NCBI GenBank assembly: GCA_964355275.1
Contig: CAYHCB010000006.1
Span: 9,745-73,744 of the forward strand
Origin: an uncultured Gammaproteobacteria bacterium
Lineage (GTDB): Bacteria > Patescibacteriota > Patescibacteriia > Patescibacteriales > UBA12465
Direction: 5' to 3'
DNA length: 64,000 bases
Part shown: positions 1-11,100 of the stretch, one piece after another
Layout: the number at the start of each line of letters is the position of its first letter
How positions within the stretch are numbered: position 1 is the first letter of the stretch
Notes under the pieces: model-generated
Told to the model about the DNA's origin: nothing
What the model saw: only the letters and a program-made list of their open reading frames with translations
Databases searched by the model: none
Position numbers and translations under genes: made by a program

Positions 1-670
1 TAGAATGTACATTAAGTACTGTGAAAAAAAAGGTTTAAAAATAGAAGTACTAGATTCAAGTGTAATTGGTATTGGTGGTTATAAAGAAGTTATTTTTTCT
101 GTTAGTGGGCCAGGTGCTTATGGTGTATTAAAATATGAAGCTGGTACTCATCGTGTTCAACGTGTTCCTGAAACAGAAAAACAAGGCCGAGTTCATACTT
201 CAACTGCTACGGTAGTAGTTTTGCCAGAAGCCGAAGAAGTCGACTTAGAAATAAAAATGAGTGATTTACGTATTGATACTTTTTGTTCTAGCGGACCAGG
301 CGGTCAGTGTGTTAACACCACCTATTCAGCTATTCGGATTGTTCATCTTCCTACTGGTACAACTGTCAGTTGCCAAGACCAAAAATCACAACACCAAAAT
401 AAAGAAAAAGCTTTACAGGTTTTACGCTCTCGTTTACTAGCTAAACAAGAGGACGAAAGAATTGCCAAAGAATCTAGCGCTCGTAAGACCCAAATTGGAA
501 TTGGTGATCGAAGCGAAAAAATAAGAACTTATAATTTTCCTCAAGATAGAGTTACTGATCATCGTATTAATGAATCATGGCATAGCATACCTCTTATCAT
601 GGAAGGTGGTTTAGATAATATATTTAGTGCTCTAAAAAATGCTGCCAAAGAAGAACAAAGAAAAAAATAA
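1..670 (+). CDS. prfA: Peptide chain release factor 1, C-terminal ~2/3 (5' end outside window)
   Basis: Frame is open to the window edge. GGQ motif [11 protein letters not shown]; RF1-type [18 protein letters not shown]; followed by prmC. Confidence 0.9.
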   Translation, partial: RMYIKYCEKKGLKIEVLDSSVIGIGGYKEVIFSVSGPGAYGVLKYEAGTHRVQRVPETEKQGRVHTSTATVVVLPEAEEVDLEIKMSDLRIDTFCSSGPGGQCVNTTYSAIRIVHLPTGTTVSCQDQKSQHQNKEKALQVLRSRLLAKQEDERIAKESSARKTQIGIGDRSEKIRTYNFPQDRVTDHRINESWHSIPLIMEGGLDNIFSALKNAAKEEQRKK

Positions 671-1547
671 AATTAAAATATCCGGTCTTCTTCAGGAGGC
701 CGTTTATCTTTTTAAAGCTAAAAACTTAGAAAAACCTGAGCTGGAAGCAGAGTTATTACTATCTTATATTTTAAAAAAGGATAGGCTTTTTTTATTAACC
801 AAGCAAGAAAAAAATATAAATGCTAAAACAGCCGCCAAATTTATTACTTTAGTAAAAAAAAGACTAGCCGGTTGGTCAAGCGCATTATTATTAAAAAATA
901 AAGAATTCTTTAGTTTAAATTTTTTGGTAAATAAAAATGTTTTAATACCACGCCCCGAAACTGAAATATTAGTCGATACTATTTTAAAACAAGTTATATC
1001 AGATAAAAAAACTTTAATAATGGATATTGGCACTGGTTCAGGAGCAATTATTATATCCCTGTTTAAAAATTTACATAACCCAGAAAAAAAACTAAGTTTT
1101 TATGCTTCCGATAAATCTCTCAAAGCTTTAAACGTGGCTCACTATAATGCTAAAAAATATAAAGCTACAATTAATTTTTTGAGTGGCGATTTACTGCAAC
1201 CATTTTTACCAATTTTTAAAAAAATTAAACCCAAAAATATTATTATAACGGCTAATCTTCCCTACTTAAAGCCAGCGGAAATGCATGAATTAAGTATTAA
1301 AAAAGAGCCTAAAATGGCTCTACTTTCCGGGTCTGACGGCTTATGGCATTATAAACGCTTATTTTCCCAGTTAAAAAAATTTATAAACAATGACAAAGAT
1401 TTAATAAATATTTTTTTAATTTGCGAAATTAACCCAGAACAAGCTTTACAAATAAAAAAAATAGCTAAAATAAATTTTCCAAAGGCAAAAATGTCTTTGA
1501 AAAATGATTACACCAACCGTCCCCGTTTTTTTATTTTAGAATTTTAA
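639..1547 (+). CDS. prmC: Release-factor glutamine N5-methyltransferase PrmC/HemK
   Basis: SAM motif DIGTGSGAI; catalytic tetrapeptide position reads NLPY (canonical NPPY); synteny after prfA; overlaps prfA by 32 nt. Confidence 0.85.
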   Translation: MLPKKNKEKNKIKISGLLQEAVYLFKAKNLEKPELEAELLLSYILKKDRLFLLTKQEKNINAKTAAKFITLVKKRLAGWSSALLLKNKEFFSLNFLVNKNVLIPRPETEILVDTILKQVISDKKTLIMDIGTGSGAIIISLFKNLHNPEKKLSFYASDKSLKALNVAHYNAKKYKATINFLSGDLLQPFLPIFKKIKPKNIIITANLPYLKPAEMHELSIKKEPKMALLSGSDGLWHYKRLFSQLKKFINNDKDLINIFLICEINPEQALQIKKIAKINFPKAKMSLKNDYTNRPRFFILEF

Positions 1548-2623
1548 TACTCTAGATAAAGCAAATTATCTATTACTTCTATCCAAGTGTTACCAGCATT
1601 AAAAATAAACTCCTCATTATTATTATAATATTTAACGCGGCTAGTAATGTTAGTTTTTTTCCAAGTTCCCATCTGACAGTTGCCATCCTGACACAGTAAG
1701 GCTTTACCTGATAGCGCAGCAGACATTTCTAAACGTAATTTTTCATCAGTAACCTTAAAAGAGGTTAAATGAACGACAATATTATTAGCAATTATCTTGC
1801 CTCCCTGAAAATCTAAATGTAAGGAGTTATCTAAATAACGCTCATATTGATTAGTCTCTTTTTGATATTTCCAATAGACCGAATAACTGCCGGGATATTT
1901 AATATCAACTCGAGATATAACAGCAATACTGGTAGTAGCTCCATCTTTAAACTTCCAACTATCCGATTTTAAACCGGACTCATTATTTTCGGTTCGATAA
2001 TTATTTAAATTATCACCAGAAATTAAGACATTATGGGGGGCTGTTCGCGTATCACTTCGCCAAAAATAAGAGCCTTTATAAAATTCATTTAAATCGCTTT
2101 TACCTAAATTTTTAGCAGATTCTAGAGCTTCTGGGCTACCGCCAGAATGAACATAAGTAGCCCCGGCATCTTTAGCCCAATTTAAGAAGTAATTACGAGC
2201 TGATCTTATCGGTCCTATTTCACTAGGTGCTTGATCGGGAGAGAAAAAGGCTAGATAACGCGTAATACCCCCCTCAGCTGGAGCCTCATAGACCAACGAG
2301 GCGGAACTTAAACCAGATTGCGGTCTAGCAGTCGGAAAGTTATCAATCATCACTGCATAGGGGCGTAATTCCGCTAATTCTGGTTTAACCATTACTCCGT
2401 CTAACCAACGCCTTACACAATTAAGACAAGCCGGCGAAGTGCTAGCAATTTCTGCAACTTTTACAACTTCAAGCGGTGTGTCTTTTTTAAAATTAAATTT
2501 TAACCAATTTGGTTGAAAAAAATATAGAAATAGACCAAAAAACGAAAAAACTAATACCACTAAAGCTAATTTAGTGGTATATAGTAATTTCGGCGATAAC
2601 TTGTTACTATTTTTTTGACTCAT
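1544..2623 (-). CDS. DUF3048-family secreted/membrane-anchored protein
   Basis: N-terminal TM helix. ARPQSGLSSASLVYEAPAEGGITRYLAFF matches my recollection of the DUF3048 core. Confidence 0.7.
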   Translation of the reverse strand: MSQKNSNKLSPKLLYTTKLALVVLVFSFFGLFLYFFQPNWLKFNFKKDTPLEVVKVAEIASTSPACLNCVRRWLDGVMVKPELAELRPYAVMIDNFPTARPQSGLSSASLVYEAPAEGGITRYLAFFSPDQAPSEIGPIRSARNYFLNWAKDAGATYVHSGGSPEALESAKNLGKSDLNEFYKGSYFWRSDTRTAPHNVLISGDNLNNYRTENNESGLKSDSWKFKDGATTSIAVISRVDIKYPGSYSVYWKYQKETNQYERYLDNSLHLDFQGGKIIANNIVVHLTSFKVTDEKLRLEMSAALSGKALLCQDGNCQMGTWKKTNITSRVKYYNNNEEFIFNAGNTWIEVIDNLLYLEY

Positions 2624-3253
2624 TTATTTTTTATCGTTTTTTTCATTCTTTTCGTCTTCTTTAGCGGAAGCTGCGGTTTCTGGAGCAGCGACTGCTTCAA
2701 CTACCTCTTCTTCTTGAACTCTAGGCGGAATTACACTGACAATTATTCTGCTTACTTCGTTCTCTAATTTCAATCCTTTAGGTAAGATTAAATCATCAGT
2801 AGAAATTTCATCGTGATAATTATTTAGCACTGAAATATCAACATCAATATGATCAACTAAATCGGCTGGTAAGCATTCTATTTCTAAAGAATCAAGATCT
2901 TTAATTAAAGAACCAGACATTTCTCTAACAGCCTTAGATTCACCAACAAAATGTAAAGGAATTTCAGTATTAATTTTATCAGACATATTTACCTGAAACA
3001 AATCAACGTGCAATAAACTACTATTTAATCCACTTCTTTGAACCTCTTTTATAAGCACCTTAATACTTTTATCGCCAAGTTTTAAATCAATTAAATTAGA
3101 TTCTCCGGCTCGCTGTACTACTTTCTCTAAATCGCCTCGTTTTAATTTTAAACTAGTACTAGCAACGCCGCGTCCATAAAGAACCGCTGGAACAAAATCA
3201 ACGGTCAGCTTTTCTTTTTGTTCACGAACTTCAGATGTCAATATAATATCCAT
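2624..3253 (-). CDS. rplY: 50S ribosomal protein L25 / Ctc-type
   Basis: N-terminal VPAVLYGRG block and Ctc-like two-domain length with acidic/Lys tail. Confidence 0.85.
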   Translation of the reverse strand: MDIILTSEVREQKEKLTVDFVPAVLYGRGVASTSLKLKRGDLEKVVQRAGESNLIDLKLGDKSIKVLIKEVQRSGLNSSLLHVDLFQVNMSDKINTEIPLHFVGESKAVREMSGSLIKDLDSLEIECLPADLVDHIDVDISVLNNYHDEISTDDLILPKGLKLENEVSRIIVSVIPPRVQEEEVVEAVAAPETAASAKEDEKNEKNDKK

Positions 3254-3316
3254 ATTTTTTGGCCTATTATACTTAAATTTTGCAATTTAAGTTGTTCAGC
3301 TTTTATAATTAATTTT

Positions 3317-4426
3317 TTAATAATTAATTTTTGATTTAATAATAATATTTTGCATAATTCCAATCGAAATAAATAATGAAAGAGTGGCACTGCCACCATA
3401 ACTAATAAAAGGTAAGGGTAATCCCACAATTGGCAACAAGCCAATATTCATGCCCATGTTTATAAACATATGGGTTAAAATAAGACCAGTTACCCCGAGT
3501 ATAAAGTAAATACCGAAATCATTATTAACTTTTTTTAAGGCTGCCAGTGATCTAAAGTATAAAATACTAAAAAAACTTAAAATAAGCATAATACCCAGAA
3601 AACCCATTTCTTCTGCCACTACCGAAAAAATAAAATCGGTTTGGGCTTCTGGTAAAAACTTAAGTTGTGACTGAGAACCAAAGCCTACACCCTTTCCGGT
3701 TAAACCGCCAGAACCAACGGCAATAATCGCCTGAAAGCTATTATAACACTCTTTTTGGGAACAAGATTCAAATGATGGATTTAGAAAGGTGGTAATTCGT
3801 TGTTTCTGATAATCCTTAAATGTTAGCCAAGCAGCACCTGATAAAATAATAGCTGCTAAAGCAATTATGAAAAAATATCTTTTATTAAAGCCCGCCATTG
3901 TTACCATAATAAGCCAAATAGCTAATAAAACTAAAGCTGAACCAAAATCTGGTTGTAAAATGATTAATCCGGTTAAAAGTATTGTACTAAGAGCGGAAAC
4001 TATAAAATGACGAAGGGTTTTTACTTTAGTAGCCAGATTAGAAAAATAACTAGCTAAAAATATAATTAAAATAATTTTAATAAACTCAACTGGCTGGACA
4101 CCAAAACCTAAAATATTAAACCAGCCCTTAGTTCCGTTTATAGTTTGACCAAACAATAAAACTAAAATTAAAATAATAATACCGAACCAATAAAGATAAC
4201 GATTTAAACTTTTTAAAAAACGATAATCTATAAAAGTAAAAATAAACATTAAAATTACACCTAGTCCGATAAAGAAAGATTGCTTATAAAAATTAACTAA
4301 ATCATGACTACCTAAACCAAGCGCCACACTATAGACCTCCATTAAACCAAAAGCCGATAATAAAATAACGGCTGAAAAAATAATCCAATCAAAATTCTTT
4401 AAATATAGCTTAAGCTGATAGTACAT
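3317..4426 (-). CDS. SEDS-family peptidoglycan glycosyltransferase (FtsW/RodA/SpoVE)
   Basis: About 10 TM segments. Conserved SGGLTGKGVGFG...LPEAQTDFIFSVVAEEMGF block. Confidence 0.85.
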   Translation of the reverse strand: MYYQLKLYLKNFDWIIFSAVILLSAFGLMEVYSVALGLGSHDLVNFYKQSFFIGLGVILMFIFTFIDYRFLKSLNRYLYWFGIIILILVLLFGQTINGTKGWFNILGFGVQPVEFIKIILIIFLASYFSNLATKVKTLRHFIVSALSTILLTGLIILQPDFGSALVLLAIWLIMVTMAGFNKRYFFIIALAAIILSGAAWLTFKDYQKQRITTFLNPSFESCSQKECYNSFQAIIAVGSGGLTGKGVGFGSQSQLKFLPEAQTDFIFSVVAEEMGFLGIMLILSFFSILYFRSLAALKKVNNDFGIYFILGVTGLILTHMFINMGMNIGLLPIVGLPLPFISYGGSATLSLFISIGIMQNIIIKSKINY

Positions 4427-4429
4427 AAA

Positions 4430-5317
4430 TTAATTACTGCGGTAAGGCTTATAAATACTGGAGTTAGCAATATTTAAATCGGGGACAATTTTAATAGTTC
4501 CTCCTAAATTACTGGCTTCAGGCCAGGCTAGACGAACCGATTTTTTCTCCAAACTATTTAAACCCTGAATAACGTAACGATTAACTGCCAAGACTTCACT
4601 GCCACGGTTAATTGTAATATTTAGAGGAACCTCAAAATAACCATAAGCCGAATTATTGATAATATCAAATTCTAAATAGCTAACATTATCACTATAAGCA
4701 TTCAGTTTAGGATCAATAATATCGATATCTAAGCGATCTGATTTATAAATATTCCAATCAGGAATAATACGAGCATTAAGTTTTTGCCAATTAATACTAG
4801 TTAATTCGAAGTTAGCTGGACCACTTGGTACTTTAACCTGACTATTTACCACTAAAATATTCTTTTCTTCATTTGGTAAAATAAAACTAGAGCCACAAAC
4901 TTTTTCAGTGTTTACCAAAAAACAAAAATTAAAATTAGCTAATTGTTTAGCATTGGGATTTTTTAAATTAACTACAAAATCAGAACCAACATTAGTCGCA
5001 ATTACTTTAGCGTTTCCGGCCTGTAAATCTAGGGGCTTACTCTGTAAACGATAGTTAGCTAAATCAAGCCCCGAAGCATCTTGAGCTAAAATTTTATCCT
5101 GTTCCCTACCGAAAACAAAGTAATAAAAATATCCATAGCCAGAGTAAAGCAAAAAACTAGCCGCCAAAACAAATAAAATAATTATAGTTGTTTTAGTAAA
5201 GTTATGTTTATTCCGCGCCAACCATAAGCCAAAATCTAAATTTTTAGCGGCTAAACCGGTGGGGTCATCGTATTTATTTAAATCAATGATATTTTTTGGT
5301 CTTTTATCCTCATTCAT
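4430..5317 (-). CDS. Hypothetical membrane-anchored protein (single TM, extracytoplasmic domain)
   Basis: Long ORF 3 nt downstream of the SEDS gene; one TM helix (IIILFVLAASFLLY). No motif recognised. Confidence 0.5.
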   Translation of the reverse strand: MNEDKRPKNIIDLNKYDDPTGLAAKNLDFGLWLARNKHNFTKTTIIILFVLAASFLLYSGYGYFYYFVFGREQDKILAQDASGLDLANYRLQSKPLDLQAGNAKVIATNVGSDFVVNLKNPNAKQLANFNFCFLVNTEKVCGSSFILPNEEKNILVVNSQVKVPSGPANFELTSINWQKLNARIIPDWNIYKSDRLDIDIIDPKLNAYSDNVSYLEFDIINNSAYGYFEVPLNITINRGSEVLAVNRYVIQGLNSLEKKSVRLAWPEASNLGGTIKIVPDLNIANSSIYKPYRSN

Positions 5318-5392
5318 AAAATGATATAATAAAATTGTTTTTAATATCTATATAATACCATATCTTAATAACTTTATAAACTTTTTAAATTT

Positions 5393-6343
5393 ATGATTGA
5401 AATAAAAATTCCTCTTAGTGTCCCTAGCGCAAAACATCGTGAATATCGTAAAAATTGGCAATTAGCCACTGCCGGGAGTGGTTCTTTATTTCTTTTTGCT
5501 GGAGATCAAAAAGTTGAACACTTAAATGACGATTTTTTTGGTCCTAATATTCCCTTAGAAAATGCCGGCCCAGAACATCTATTTCAAATTGCGGCCGTGG
5601 CCCCGATAGGCGTTTTTGCAACTCATTTAGGTTTAATTGCTCATTATGGCGCCAGTTATCCAAAGGTTCCCTATTTAGTAAAATTAAACGGACGAACAAA
5701 TCTATGTGAAAACACTGAAGACTTAATAAGTCGAGCCTGGTTAAAAGTAGCGGACGTTGTAGAATTTAAAAGACAATCTAATTTAAATATTTTAGGAGTT
5801 GGTTATACTGTTTATTTAGGCGGCACGAAGGAAAGTAAAATGTTAAAAGAAGCCGCTCAAATAGTTCGTGAAGCTCATAAGAATGGGCTCTTAGCGGTTA
5901 TTTGGATGTATCCCCGAGGGAAAAATATAAAAGAAGATGATATTCATACGATTGCCGGCGGCGCTGGTGTAGCGGCTGCACTAGGGGCTGATTTTGTAAA
6001 AGTTAAATATCCATATGATAAAAAAATAAAAATAACCGCGGAAAATTATCAAGAAGTAACTCGTGCGGCTGGTCGAACTCAGGTCATTTGCGTAGGTGGC
6101 AGTAAGCAGGAAGCTAAAGATTTAATTACTTACGCTTGGAATCAAAAAAATATTTCCGGAACATCCGGTTTGGCTATCGGTAGAAATTTACATCAAAGAA
6201 CTTTAAGTGATGCCATAAAACTAAGCACCGCCTTAGCGCTAATAATTAATCACGATGCCGGTCTAGAAGATGCTTTGGATGTTTATCTAGAGAAAAAGAA
6301 AATAGAAAGACAAAAAAATTCAAATTTCATTGGTTTGTTCTAA
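5393..6343 (+). CDS. Class I (DhnA/FbaB-type) fructose-bisphosphate aldolase family
   Basis: TIM-barrel aldolase pattern with GADFVKVKYP (Schiff-base Lys region) and GLAIGRN near the C-terminus. Confidence 0.7.
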   Translation: MIEIKIPLSVPSAKHREYRKNWQLATAGSGSLFLFAGDQKVEHLNDDFFGPNIPLENAGPEHLFQIAAVAPIGVFATHLGLIAHYGASYPKVPYLVKLNGRTNLCENTEDLISRAWLKVADVVEFKRQSNLNILGVGYTVYLGGTKESKMLKEAAQIVREAHKNGLLAVIWMYPRGKNIKEDDIHTIAGGAGVAAALGADFVKVKYPYDKKIKITAENYQEVTRAAGRTQVICVGGSKQEAKDLITYAWNQKNISGTSGLAIGRNLHQRTLSDAIKLSTALALIINHDAGLEDALDVYLEKKKIERQKNSNFIGLF

Positions 6344-6403
6344 AAAATAAACTAAGCAAATAAAAAACTAGATTTTAAAATCTAGTTTTTTATTTTATAC
6401 TTT

Positions 6404-8056
6404 TTAGTTTTGAATTTTTATATTTATTTTATCTGGGATAGTTGGCGCGGTAGAAATAAATGACGGTGAGAAATTTAATTCATAACTTTTTATTTCTGGA
6501 AAGCTATCAAGATACTCAGATATTTGTTCACGGTTTAGACCAACTAATTTCTTACGATCAAACAGTGATGAATTAGATTTTAAGGACATTGAACCACTAA
6601 AATAAGCTTTAATAACTGCCGTTTTAGTATTTTCATCAAAACTTTCTAAAGTATAAGTAATTTGTTCTTTATTAAAATTGGACAATTCTTTGTCATCAGG
6701 AACTAATAAGGAAAGGCGCGCCTGAGCTAAACTAATTGCTTTTTCTTTTGGAAAAGTAACTACGACCACCTTCTTTTTAGCCTTAACAATAAATTCTTCC
6801 TTGGATTCCCCTAGCTTGGCATTATATTCAATAGTAATGTTGTCGTCAGTGGCGTCGCCATTAATACCGTAAATTACTACCTTATCAGTGCCAGTAATCT
6901 TTAAATCATTTTTAACCTTTAAATCTAAAACTTCACTGATATCTTTTTTAGCCGAATCTAAATCACGTTGTTTTATATATTTCTTAACTTGAGTTTGATA
7001 AGTAAAAGATTCTTCACTTTCACCATAAATTTGGTCCTGTATACCCGCCCATAAACCCGGGATAGTAAAATGACTAGGATTAGTTATGGCCATCTCAGCA
7101 CTAGGCTTGTCAGCGTAAACATTAATTGTAACTTGTCCGCCAGCTGGCACATTAGTGGCTTCTTTTAAGCGAAATAATTTACCGTCCGCGGAAAGTAATC
7201 TGGTATTTACAACTAATGGTTGATTTTTATTATATTTATTAATTAGGGTAACTTTACCGATCACCTCTTCTCCTAAAACTTCCTCGCCACTAGTTTGATA
7301 TATTTTTTCCGAACTAACCTCAATAACTTGGGCCTCACCATAAATATTTTTATTATACTTAGCCTCAGAATTAGAGTTAATGTCAGTTAAAGGCGAGGTA
7401 GTACTGGAACTAGAAATATTAAAAGTTAAAGAATCGTTTAATGTTTCGCCTTGCGGTGAAATTAAAATTGTTAATTTTGAAAAAAATATATAAAACACGG
7501 CTAATAGTAAAATTGCTGTAGCCCCTAAATAAAATAAAGCTTGGCGTCTATAAAGTCCAATTGATTTTTTATTAGGCGCCAGAGTTGGCTTTTCTTCACC
7601 TTCTTTTGGTTTTACTTGAGAGGCCCATTCAGAAAAAAATTTCTTTTGTTTATCAAAATCTTCTCTATCGTCTAAACCGATTTCATTATTAATCTTATTT
7701 TTTGACTCATCACTTGATTCTTCTGTTTCATCTTCGCTGTAAATATCTTCTGGCTCTAATTTATTTTCTAATTCATTTTTAGGTTCAGTTTTTTTAAAAT
7801 CAGGCCAAGAAGAAAAAACCGGGATAGATTCCTTAGAACTAGTTGGTTGAGAAAAAACATCTTCATCAGAGATAACATCAATTGCAATCTTATTAGATAT
7901 AACAGGGGTTACTTTATTTGTTTTTTTGGTAACCACTTTTTTTATAACTTTTTTCTTGGTAATTACTGGTTTACTTTTGATAACTACTTTTTTCTTTTTA
8001 GGAGTAACTGATTTAATTTTAGTTTTAGGTTTAAGTTTCTTACTTATTTTTGGCAT
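6404..8056 (-). CDS. Hypothetical membrane protein with Lys-rich N-terminal tail and acidic linker
   Basis: N-terminus KLKPKTKIKSVTPKKKKVVIKSKPVITKKKVIKKVVTKK, acidic stretch, one TM (LFYLGATAILLLAVFYIFF), ~350-aa outer domain. Confidence 0.5.
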   Translation of the reverse strand: MPKISKKLKPKTKIKSVTPKKKKVVIKSKPVITKKKVIKKVVTKKTNKVTPVISNKIAIDVISDEDVFSQPTSSKESIPVFSSWPDFKKTEPKNELENKLEPEDIYSEDETEESSDESKNKINNEIGLDDREDFDKQKKFFSEWASQVKPKEGEEKPTLAPNKKSIGLYRRQALFYLGATAILLLAVFYIFFSKLTILISPQGETLNDSLTFNISSSSTTSPLTDINSNSEAKYNKNIYGEAQVIEVSSEKIYQTSGEEVLGEEVIGKVTLINKYNKNQPLVVNTRLLSADGKLFRLKEATNVPAGGQVTINVYADKPSAEMAITNPSHFTIPGLWAGIQDQIYGESEESFTYQTQVKKYIKQRDLDSAKKDISEVLDLKVKNDLKITGTDKVVIYGINGDATDDNITIEYNAKLGESKEEFIVKAKKKVVVVTFPKEKAISLAQARLSLLVPDDKELSNFNKEQITYTLESFDENTKTAVIKAYFSGSMSLKSNSSLFDRKKLVGLNREQISEYLDSFPEIKSYELNFSPSFISTAPTIPDKINIKIQN

Positions 8057-8147
8057 AGGATTTTTTTACTTTTTATCACGCAGAAAATGCGAAAAAAAAG
8101 ATTTTTATGTTGGCTGATTTTTACTTAAATTAAGTATACCAAAAATA

Positions 8148-11100
8148 TTAATTCTCAACAATTTTTAAAGCTCCAGAAAAAAGTCCTTGAAGAGCAATTA
8201 CTAAGTTTTTAGAATTATTTACCTTGAAGCCAGTCTTCATAATAGTATCTTTACTGGCTTGTTTTATTTTAAAATAAGTATCACTGGTACCAGGATGAGC
8301 AATTAATAGCTCTCTTAAAACCTGCAACTCTTCGGCTAATAAATCCCTTTCAAAAATTATTTTAAGAGGTGTCGTGTCATCATTTTTTTTTGACTCGCCT
8401 GATTCAGTTTTATTTAAATTATTACTTATTTTATTTGCACTAACAATTTTATTAGCATTACTACTGTAAGCAGTTAACTTGTCATTACCGGGACGATTAT
8501 ATTTATTTTTTTGCCAAGAATTACCATTACCATTTTTTTCTCTAGCAGCCATCATTAATTTTTTAAAATCATCTACAGAATTTTGCGGGGACACTGCATC
8601 TAGTATCATGACTTGATTAATAAGCAATTTAACGTCCTGGTCTTTTTCAGAGACACCACCTTCGCAAATAATGGCTCTGCCTTCTTGCCAGATAACTAGA
8701 GTTTCTTTAAGTAACCTGGGGAAAATTAAAAGTTCTACCGAAGAAGTCGCATCTTCAATCTTAACAAACAACATTGATTCATTTTTTTTAGTAATAATTT
8801 TTTTAATTGAGCCAATAATACCAGCGGTCACTACTGAATTTGCTCCTTTATGACGATGTAAATCAACTAAAGGAACGGCATACTCTGATAAATATTTTTT
8901 ATAGCCATTAAAAGGGTGCTCACTAATATACAAACCTAGAAGTTCTTTTTCCCAGGCTAGTTTTTCTGCTTGTGGTGTTGGCTCAACAATTTCCAAAGTA
9001 ACCTTTGGCTGATAAGAAACTTCGGTGGCCCCAGAAAATAAACTACTTTGGCGACTTTCTTTATTTTTACTAATCTCTTTATTTAAAAGAAGTAATTTTT
9101 CCGAATTAACTAAAAGACTGCCACGTTCACCCCAATGTTCTAAAGCACCACATTTTATTAAACTCTCTAAAGATTTTTTATTTAAATCTCGATCAGTAAT
9201 TCTTTCTAAAAAATTAAATAAATCTAAATAAGCGCCGCCAGATTTTCGTTCTTTAATTATTACGGAAACAATATGTTCGCCAATATTTTTAATAGCATTT
9301 AAACCAAAACGAATGGTATCAACTACCTCATCTTCACTAACAATTTTATGTTCCGCTGTTCCCGCGGTTACTACTGTAAAAGAATCAAAAGATTCATTAA
9401 CATCTGGAGGCATAATTTTTATACCCATGTTACGACATTCCTCAATTTCAATTGAGATTCGATCAGTATCATGTTGATCGGCTGTCAGCAGCGCCGCCAT
9501 AAACTCTACTGGCCAATGAGCCTTAAGATAAGCGGTTTGGTAACCAATAAGAGCGTAGCAAGCAGCATGCGAACGATTAAAGCCATAACCAGCAAAGGGT
9601 TCAATAAAAGAAAATATTTTTTCCGCTAATTCTTTATAAATTCCATTTTTAACACAACCATCGGTAAACTTTTCTTTTTGTTCAGCGAGTAAACTAACAA
9701 TTTTTTTACCCATGGCTTTTCTAAGCACATCGGCTTGCCCCATAGAAAAACCAGCCAAGTCACGAGCTATTTGCATAACTTGCTCTTGGTAAATGGCGAC
9801 GCCATAAGTTTTTGCTAAAATTGGTTCTAGTTTAGGATGTAAATAAACAACCTTTTTCTCACCATGTTTGCCACTGATATAATCAGGAATCCACTCCATT
9901 GGACCAGGGCGATACAGAGCTACCATGGCAATAATATCTTCGAATTCAGTTGGCTTTAAATCGCGTAAATAGCGTTTCATCCCTGAAGATTCAAATTGAA
10001 AAACTCCTGTTGTCTCACCTCTTTGGAATAATTCATAAGCCGACTTATCGTCCATCGGAATATCATTAATATTAATCTTAAGTCCTCTGACATTTTTAAT
10101 AATCTTTAACGCTGCTTCAATAATCGTTAAATTTTTTAAACCTAAAAAATCCATTTTAAGTAATCCTAAATCTTCAATCGGGTGGGCGGAATACTGAGAA
10201 ACAATTGTTTTATCAGCCGAAGAGGCATACTGAATTGGCGTATAGTCAGTTAAAGGATTTTTAGTAATAAGCACGCCACAAGCATGAGTAGAAGCGTGTC
10301 TAGCAACTCCTTCTAAACGTAAAGCGTAATCTAAAACTCTTTTGGCATCTGGATTTTTAGCATATTTTTCTTTCAGTTCAGGAACTGTTTTAATGGCATC
10401 ATTTAGTTTAGTAAACATTGGAATATCTTTTGCTAAACTATCACAAAAATCATAAGGATAATCTAAAACGCGACCAACATCACGCACGGCCGCTCGAGCC
10501 GCCATAGTTCCAAAAGTAATAATTTGAGAAACATGATCTTCACCATATTTTTTCGCAACATAATTTAAAACATCATTACGACGAATATCAGAAAAGTCCA
10601 TATCAATATCAGGCATTGAGACTCTTTCTGGGTTTAAAAAACGTTCAAAAAGTAAATCATATTTCAAGGGATCAAGATTAGTAATCCCGGTTAAATAACA
10701 AAGCAGAGACCCCGCAGCGCTACCACGACCTGGGCCAACAACAACGCCAGCGTCTTTAGCCCAATTAACAAAATCAGCCACAATTAAAAAATAATCAGGC
10801 CAACCCATTTTTTCTACCACTGATAATTCAAAATCCATGCGATCAAGAATTATTTTGGCTTCTTCACTTTTTAAATCTAAATCTGGATAACGTAATTTAA
10901 TACCAACTTCACATTGATGACGTAAATACGAATCACCACTATAACCGGCTGGCACTTCAAAATGAGGTAATTGAATTTGCCCAAGTTCAATTTCTAAATT
11001 ACATTTTTCCGCAATTTTCAAGGTATTAGAAATAGCCTCAGGGGTATCTTTAAAGGCCTCGATCATTTCCACATTTGAACGCATCGAATAATCGCCATGT

